In this document: positions 58,325 through 64,000 of the stretch, one piece after another
Position numbering within the stretch: position 1 is the stretch's first letter
Layout: the number at the start of each line of letters is the position of its first letter
Source: Parcubacteria group bacterium GW2011_GWA2_43_13
GTDB lineage: Bacteria > Patescibacteriota > Patescibacteriia > UBA9629 > GWA2-43-13
NCBI GenBank assembly: GCA_000999025.1
Contig: LCFM01000004.1
Coordinates: 1,925-65,924, forward strand
Direction of reading: 5' to 3'
DNA: 64,000 nt
Made by a program: the position numbers and the translations under genes
The notes under the pieces: generated by a model
What the model was told of the DNA's origin: nothing
Seen by the model: the letters and a program-made list of their open reading frames with translations, nothing else
Databases searched by the model: none

Positions 58325-60925
58325 TTACTGCACCACCATATTGATTACTTTCCCCGGAACATAAATTTTTTTCACAACATCTTTGCCAGATATCCATTTT
58401 TGAATTTTGATATCCTGCAACGCTTTGATGATAGCTTCTTCTTCTGTTATATCTGTCGGTATTGCAATCTGCCCGCGAACCTTGCCATTAATTTGCACCG
58501 CGATGGTGATGGTTTCGTCTTTGATGAGTGCCTCATCGTACTCCGGCCATGGTTGGGTATCTAAATATCCTTCTTGATGAAGAACTTCCGACCAAATTTC
58601 CTGCGCGATGTGCGGGGCGAATGGAAAAAGGAGTTTAAGAAAAACCTCACCCCTACCCTCTCCTTGGAAAGGAGAGGGGGACGACGACCTCACCTCTCCG
58701 CCATCCGCCAGCTGGCGAAACGAACTCTCCTTGGAAAGGAGAGAGGGAACGCACGCCTCCCACTCATGCAAACAAATCATCAATGCGCTAATAGCGGTAT
58801 TAAACCGCATGTTTTCTATATCTTCGGTAACTTTTTTGATGGTTTTATGGAGGACACGCTCCCACCGCCCCCTAACCCCCTCCTCGGGCAGGAGGGGGAA
58901 CGCGACAGCTCCTTCTCCTAAAGTAGGAGAAGGATGGGATGAGGTCTGAAGATACAATTGGTATACTCTATCCAAAAATCTTCTCATCCCCACAATCCCG
59001 CGCGAAGCCCAGGGAAGCGCGTCTTCAAACGGCCCCATAAACATTTCGTACATCCGCACACTATCCGCGCCATATTCTTTTACCAGGTCATCAGGATTTA
59101 TCACATTACCAAGCGATTTTGACATTTTTCTACCATCTTCTGCGAGCACCAACCCTACATTACGTAATTTTATAAACGGCTCATCCCCAACTTCTTTGGG
59201 GATCATGCCATGATCAAACAACGCTTTGTGCGCAAATCGCGCGTACATCAAATGTAAAACCGCGTGCTCTGCTCCGCCGACATAGGTATCAACCGGCATC
59301 CATTGTTTGATTGCCTCTTGCGATGCAAATTCTTTTTCATTCTGCGGATCGCAAAACCGCAAATAATACCAAGCAGAACACATAAAGGTGTCCATAGTAT
59401 CTACTTCTCGCTTTGCAGTACCGCCACATTGCGGACACACGACGTTTTTTTGAAAATCTTTTGATTGCGCAAGTGGCGATTCGCCATGCGGTTTAAAATC
59501 AACATCAGTCGGGAGCATCACCGGCAACTGATCTTCTGGCACTGGTTGCTGGCCACACGTTTGACAGTAAACGATGGGGATTGGCGCGCCCCAGTAGCGT
59601 TGTCGTGATATTAGCCAATCTCGCAGGCGATATTGCGTTACCCGCTTACCACCAACTTTTTCTGTTATTTTCCACTTCGCCTCCTCGCTATTCATACCGT
59701 CGAATTCGGCGGAGTTGATCATGATTCCATCGCCCGTATACACCGTCGCTGTAGAGACGCTCCGTTGGAGCGTCTCACTGTCCGAGACGTCCCCACGGGA
59801 TGTCTCTACAACCGAACGCACAGGCAATCCATATTTCTCCGCAAACTCAAAATCCCGCTCGTCATGCGCAGGCACCGCCATAATCGCACCGGTGCCGTAT
59901 GACCCGATGACATAATCTGCCACCCAAATCGGAATTTCTTTGCCTGTCGCCGGATTGATGGCTTTCGCGCCCTTCAACTCAACCCCTGTTTTTTCTTTTT
60001 GCAGTTGCGTACGCTCAAGTTCTGTTTTCTTTTGCGCGTTTTCTACATACAGCCGAATTTCGTTGGCGTTCTGTAGAGACGGGGTTAACCCCGTCTCTAC
60101 AATGAGACGAACAAACTCATGCTCTGGCGCCAGCACCAAATATGTTGCCCCATATAACGTATCTGGTCTGGTTGTAAAGACGTCAATGTGATAATTGACA
60201 ACTGACAACTGACATTTGATAGCAAAACCGATCATCGCTCCCTCGCTTTTCCCTATCCAATTCTTCTGCATCACCCTAATCGGTTCTGGCCAATCAATTC
60301 TATCCAGCCCTTCAATCAACCGATCCGCATATTCGGTAATGTTCAAAAACCACTGTTCAAGCTCTCGCTGAACAACCTTATTGTTGCACCGCTCGCACGC
60401 GCCATCTATCACCTGTTCATGAGCAAGTACGGTCTGGCATGACGCGCACCAATTCACTGGCGCTTTCTTTTTATACGCAAGCCCGTGTTTATATAAAAAT
60501 AAAAACATCCACTGTGTCCAATGGTAATAATCTGGCGATGATGTATTCACCTCGCGGGACCAGTCATAACTCAACCCCAATGATTGTATTTGCCTACGAA
60601 ATATTTCAATGTTTGCATTCGTAGAAACCGCAGGTGGCACCCCTTGTTTAATGGCGTAATTCTCCGCAGGCAATCCAAACGCATCCCATCCCATTGGATG
60701 CAAAACACTGCGACCTTTCATGCGCAAGTATCGGGTATAAATATCCGTTGCTGTATATCCTTTAGGATGCCCAACGTGCAGACCGGCGCCAGAAGGGTAC
60801 GGAAACATGTCAAGGACATAACTATGAACACGTGCCAAATGACTATGAACATTTGACACGTTCCAAACGTTATCCTTCAGCCAACGCTCCTGCCACTTTT
60901 TTTCTATAAGTTGATGATTATACAT
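58325..60925 (-). CDS. leuS: Leucine--tRNA ligase, with five in-frame repeat inserts
   Basis: FPYPSG.GLHVGH, TTRPDT, GTGAIMAVPAHDERD, KMSKS; start MYNHQ. Confidence 0.98.
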   Translation of the reverse strand: MYNHQLIEKKWQERWLKDNVWNVSNVHSHLARVHSYVLDMFPYPSGAGLHVGHPKGYTATDIYTRYLRMKGRSVLHPMGWDAFGLPAENYAIKQGVPPAVSTNANIEIFRRQIQSLGLSYDWSREVNTSSPDYYHWTQWMFLFLYKHGLAYKKKAPVNWCASCQTVLAHEQVIDGACERCNNKVVQRELEQWFLNITEYADRLIEGLDRIDWPEPIRVMQKNWIGKSEGAMIGFAIKCQLSVVNYHIDVFTTRPDTLYGATYLVLAPEHEFVRLIVETGLTPSLQNANEIRLYVENAQKKTELERTQLQKEKTGVELKGAKAINPATGKEIPIWVADYVIGSYGTGAIMAVPAHDERDFEFAEKYGLPVRSVVETSRGDVSDSETLQRSVSTATVYTGDGIMINSAEFDGMNSEEAKWKITEKVGGKRVTQYRLRDWLISRQRYWGAPIPIVYCQTCGQQPVPEDQLPVMLPTDVDFKPHGESPLAQSKDFQKNVVCPQCGGTAKREVDTMDTFMCSAWYYLRFCDPQNEKEFASQEAIKQWMPVDTYVGGAEHAVLHLMYARFAHKALFDHGMIPKEVGDEPFIKLRNVGLVLAEDGRKMSKSLGNVINPDDLVKEYGADSVRMYEMFMGPFEDALPWASRGIVGMRRFLDRVYQLYLQTSSHPSPTLGEGAVAFPLLPEEGVRGRWERVLHKTIKKVTEDIENMRFNTAISALMICLHEWEACVPSLLSKESSFRQLADGGEVRSSSPSPFQGEGRGEVFLKLLFPFAPHIAQEIWSEVLHQEGYLDTQPWPEYDEALIKDETITIAVQINGKVRGQIAIPTDITEEEAIIKALQDIKIQKWISGKDVVKKIYVPGKVINMVVQ
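58644..58754. repeat. Tandem CCCTCTCC elements with nested TCCGCCAGCTGGCG in-frame in leuS
   Basis: Encodes VPSLLSKESSFRQLADGGEVRSSSPSPFQGEGRGEV. Confidence 0.85.
58864..58945. repeat. Inverted pair of CCCTCC elements in-frame in leuS
   Basis: Encodes TSSHPSPTLGEGAVAFPLLPEEGVRGR. Confidence 0.85.
59751..59809. repeat. GTAG-REP doublet in-frame in leuS
   Basis: GTAGAGACGCTCCgttGGAGCGTCTC..GAGACGTCCCcacGGGATGTCTCTAC; encodes VETSRGDVSDSETLQRSVST. Confidence 0.88.
60072..60101. repeat. Perfect 30-bp GTAG-REP in-frame in leuS
   Basis: Identical to 37413-37442; encodes VETGLTPSLQ. Confidence 0.92.
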
Positions 60926-60926
60926 A

Positions 60927-61023
60927 GCAATCCTAATATACGAATGACATCCCAATCTACTAATGTACGAATAGTGCTCACGTCGTATTCGTAGATTCGG
61001 ATGTATTCGTAGATTCGGATTGC
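60927..61023. repeat. ~100-bp inverted-repeat element, copy 5
   Basis: gcaatcctaatatacgaatgacatcccaatctac...attcgtagattcggattgc fills the LysM-leuS gap. Confidence 0.88.
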
Positions 61024-61024
61024 A

Positions 61025-62437
61025 TTAGTAGTAACTCAACGGATTTTGACGCACGCCATCTATAATAATTTCAAAATGAAGATGCGGGCCAGTTGACCTG
61101 CCAGTTGAACCGATCTTCCCAAGCACCTGCCCTTTTTCAATATGCTGGCCCGCCTGCACAAACAACTTACTCTCATGAGCATATAATGTCTTCATGCCAT
61201 TGCCATGATCAATAACAACCCGATATCCATACCCTCCTGAATTCCAACCAGAAGAAATTACTTCGCCCTCCAGTGCGGCATAAATATCTTGCTCTAAAGT
61301 ACCGTGAATATCAATACCAGTATGCCGCCAGCCCTTAAAATACTGATTAATCTTTCGCGATGGCGCAGGCCATACAAATTGATCACCCAATGGAATAGCA
61401 GGCGCTTTTCTGAAAATATCCGTAATTGTTGCCAATCGTGACGGCACCTGCGGTGTGGGACGAGTTTGTTGGGTTTGATACGGTTCTGCTCCAGGTAATA
61501 CCAATTTTTGACCGATAGAGAGTGTGTCTTCAGGAGTCAATCCGTTGGCATCTAAAATATCCTTTACTGATACATCATACCGGTTTGCCAAAGCAAGCAG
61601 AGTATCGCCTGATCTGACAGTATAAGAAAGGCCTGACACAGGCAACAGAGTAAGCACGTCTCCGGGACGAATAATACTCCGAGAAGTGAGCCCGTTCTCC
61701 CATAATAATGTATTGATTGAGATGCCGGCATCAAGCGCGATTGAGGATATCGTATCCCCTTCGCCAACAGTATAGGTTGTAATCTCGGTCCGAAACGAGT
61801 GATCAGCCTGCTCTAAGTCCTCTGGGTCCAACACATTCGTTGGTTTTACAAGCGCGCTTCCGCCTTCAATAACAGAAAACGCCGATGACAGCGCTGTTCC
61901 TCCTGAAGGCGACCCTGCTTCCAAGGGCATGGAAACAGCAGAAAGATAATCACTATATTTTTCCGATTGCGCACCCTGCGGTTCTGCTCGAAAATCATCT
62001 TTTTCTATCACCTCCTCTGTAACTATTTCAGAAGGACTATCGGTTTCATGAGGAAGTAAATGAAATAAAATACTTTTCCTGCCAAACTCGTCAGATCGCA
62101 CTTCTTGAGCAGAAAGATTTGAAACAACAGTCAACGCTATCAGAACGCCGATAATACTGTGAGCTGTGTAACGATTAAACAACACAGACCACACGGATCG
62201 CGAGTGCGGCCGTAAAGCAGGATGAAGATATTTCCCCATCCAACGCATTCCTTTGTATGCGGGAACCAAAACGAAACGAAATGTATTTTTGCCAAATATC
62301 CGATAAAAAATTCTCCCCAACGCAGACACTCCCCACCACACACCCTTGCCGATACGCGCCATACAAACGAAAAAAAGAGCCACAACGCGAAGTGACCAAA
62401 AATGGATCCGATCTTTCAAGCGCGAATGCTCTTCCAT
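61025..62437 (-). CDS. LysM x2 plus M23 peptidase
   Basis: YTVGEGDTISSIA, YTVRSGDTL; HTGID, YAH, STGPHLHFE. Confidence 0.92.
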   Translation of the reverse strand: MEEHSRLKDRIHFWSLRVVALFFVCMARIGKGVWWGVSALGRIFYRIFGKNTFRFVLVPAYKGMRWMGKYLHPALRPHSRSVWSVLFNRYTAHSIIGVLIALTVVSNLSAQEVRSDEFGRKSILFHLLPHETDSPSEIVTEEVIEKDDFRAEPQGAQSEKYSDYLSAVSMPLEAGSPSGGTALSSAFSVIEGGSALVKPTNVLDPEDLEQADHSFRTEITTYTVGEGDTISSIALDAGISINTLLWENGLTSRSIIRPGDVLTLLPVSGLSYTVRSGDTLLALANRYDVSVKDILDANGLTPEDTLSIGQKLVLPGAEPYQTQQTRPTPQVPSRLATITDIFRKAPAIPLGDQFVWPAPSRKINQYFKGWRHTGIDIHGTLEQDIYAALEGEVISSGWNSGGYGYRVVIDHGNGMKTLYAHESKLFVQAGQHIEKGQVLGKIGSTGRSTGPHLHFEIIIDGVRQNPLSYY

Positions 62438-62485
62438 AGCACAAGAATACCAGTTACAGCACTCAAGGTCAATTTCCCACTTTCA

Positions 62486-64000
62486 TTATACCGCATTACT
62501 GTTTCCTTCTGAAAAACGATACTGCAGAGCTTCTCCGACATGTTTTGACGATATGGTCTCGCATAATGACAAATCCGCAATGGTTCTGCTGACTTTAATA
62601 AGACGAAAATAACTTCGTGCTGATAAATGCATTGAATCAACCGCGTGATGAAGCATACTCTTTGCTTCGCCATCAAGCATACACCATTGCTCCATTAAAG
62701 AAGACGGGAGCTCGGCATTGGTACAAAACGAATACCCTGCTGATTGATATCTTTGTCGCTGAATATCCCGCGCCACAATCACCGCCTTGCGCAGTGTTTC
62801 CGATGACTCGCCGCCATCGCGCGACTCTAATTCGGCAACAGGCACCCGAGGAACAGCAACATGCAAATCAATACGATCCAAAATCGGGCCAGATATTTTT
62901 CTCCGATACTTTTCAATGCTTCCGGGCGTGCACACGCATTGTTTTTGCTGATCAAATAAATATCCGCATGGGCACGGATTTTGAGCCGCAATCATCATCA
63001 CGCGCGCAGGAAAAGTACAATGCCCCTGACTCCGCGAAATTGAAACAACGCCATCTTCAAGCGGCTGACGCAACGCCTCAATCACTGATCTTGGAAATTC
63101 AGGGAACTCATCCAAAAACAATACTCCTCTATGGGCAAGCGTAATTTCACCAGGCATGGGAATTCTTCCCCCGCCAATCAATGCCACAGCTGATGCTGAA
63201 TGGTGAGGAGAACGAAACGGACGCTGGCTTTTATACGCTTCTCCTACTGACAACAGGCCTGAAATACTATAAATCGAACTTACTTCCAAACATTCTTCTA
63301 CACTCAAAGGAGGCATAATCGAGCTCATACTGCGGGCTAATAGCGTTTTTCCCGATCCAGGAGCTCCTGTCATTAACACATTATGTCCTCCAGCGGCCGC
63401 AATCATCAACGCCCTTTTTGCATGTGATTGCCCCTTTACTGATTGAAAATCAACGTCATCGCTCATTACATCCTGCTCTGCCATGGGTTGATACGGATGA
63501 GGTGAAAGCAACGAAACCCCTTGCAAGTGAAGAACCAACGCCTGAAGAGATGGCACCCCATATACAGTCATCCCTTCAATCACCGCGGCTTGCCCTGCAT
63601 TTTCCTGCGGAACGAATATTTCCAAAAAACCTTTCTTTTTTGCAAACCAGGCAATAGGCAATACTCCGTTCACCGACCGAACCCGACCATCTAACGCAAC
63701 TTCACCTATATACAGCGCGCATTCTCTCGCAGGCACAGCAGATGTCGCCTGCAAAACGCCAATAACCATAGCAAGATCATAATGCGTACCCTCTTTTTTA
63801 AGATCCGCAGGCGCAAAATTGATCACCACCCGCTTATCCCAAGGAAAACGCAACCCTGTATTTTTTAACGCGGCACGCAATCGCTCTTTTGCCTCTTGAA
63901 TCGCAGTATCAACGAGCCCTACAATAACAAAATTCGGCTGACCAGAACTGATGTCAATTTCAACGTCAATAGGCAACACATCAAGCCCATTCAAAGCGCA
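62486..64000 (-). CDS. comM: ComM/YifB Mg-chelatase-like AAA+ ATPase (5' end off the window)
   Basis: APADLKKEG..YDL; GAPGSGKT; PFRSPHH; LAHRGVLFLDE; NPCPCG. Confidence 0.93.
   Translation of the reverse strand, partial: CALNGLDVLPIDVEIDISSGQPNFVIVGLVDTAIQEAKERLRAALKNTGLRFPWDKRVVINFAPADLKKEGTHYDLAMVIGVLQATSAVPARECALYIGEVALDGRVRSVNGVLPIAWFAKKKGFLEIFVPQENAGQAAVIEGMTVYGVPSLQALVLHLQGVSLLSPHPYQPMAEQDVMSDDVDFQSVKGQSHAKRALMIAAAGGHNVLMTGAPGSGKTLLARSMSSIMPPLSVEECLEVSSIYSISGLLSVGEAYKSQRPFRSPHHSASAVALIGGGRIPMPGEITLAHRGVLFLDEFPEFPRSVIEALRQPLEDGVVSISRSQGHCTFPARVMMIAAQNPCPCGYLFDQQKQCVCTPGSIEKYRRKISGPILDRIDLHVAVPRVPVAELESRDGGESSETLRKAVIVARDIQRQRYQSAGYSFCTNAELPSSLMEQWCMLDGEAKSMLHHAVDSMHLSARSYFRLIKVSRTIADLSLCETISSKHVGEALQYRFSEGNSNAV

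Overview
Chromosomal segment of a Patescibacteria (CPR, Parcubacteria-like) bacterium, inferred from gene content, the mostly SD-less starts and the standard code (TGA used as stop). Almost everything is on the minus strand. From left to right: an F0F1 ATP synthase operon (atpB-E-F-H-A-[beta-type carbonic anhydrase]-G-D-C); serS; a ~10 kb accessory island between serS and the 3' end of tRNA-Ser(GCT); a tRNA-Arg(GCG) locus; recG, radA and a GC-rich lysA; a ~30 kb T4SS-like/surface-protein cluster; then rsmA, an MFS transporter, tsaC, leuS, a LysM-M23 peptidase and a partial comM. The island carries NUDIX, a three-gene clan-CD protease module, ComB-like, SET, NYN, ITPase, SHOCT x2, DsrE, an HTH-Panacea/RelE-like TA pair, HsdS and recombinase remnants, and an MjaI-type R-M pair. 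The cluster carries DsbA, a beta-propeller, two Cys-rich VirB2-like pilins, VirB8-like, VirB4, PrgI, VirB6-like, a 3202-aa Cys-rich giant and an IPT/TIG protein. Most striking observations: (1) an intact tRNA-Arg(GCG) nested inside the anticodon loop of a second, fully base-paired tRNA-Arg that is split into four pieces by short inserts; (2) a tightly coupled operon of two paralogous ~60-85 aa proteins plus a caspase/gingipain-like His-Cys protease; (3) several families of short palindromic or heptameric repeats that occur intergenically and in-frame inside essential genes (leuS x5, atpB, atpG, recG, tsaC, rsmA); (4) a ~100-bp inverted-repeat element that sits 1-10 nt upstream of a start codon in all five copies. 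All assignments were made by eye from motifs; no searches were run.
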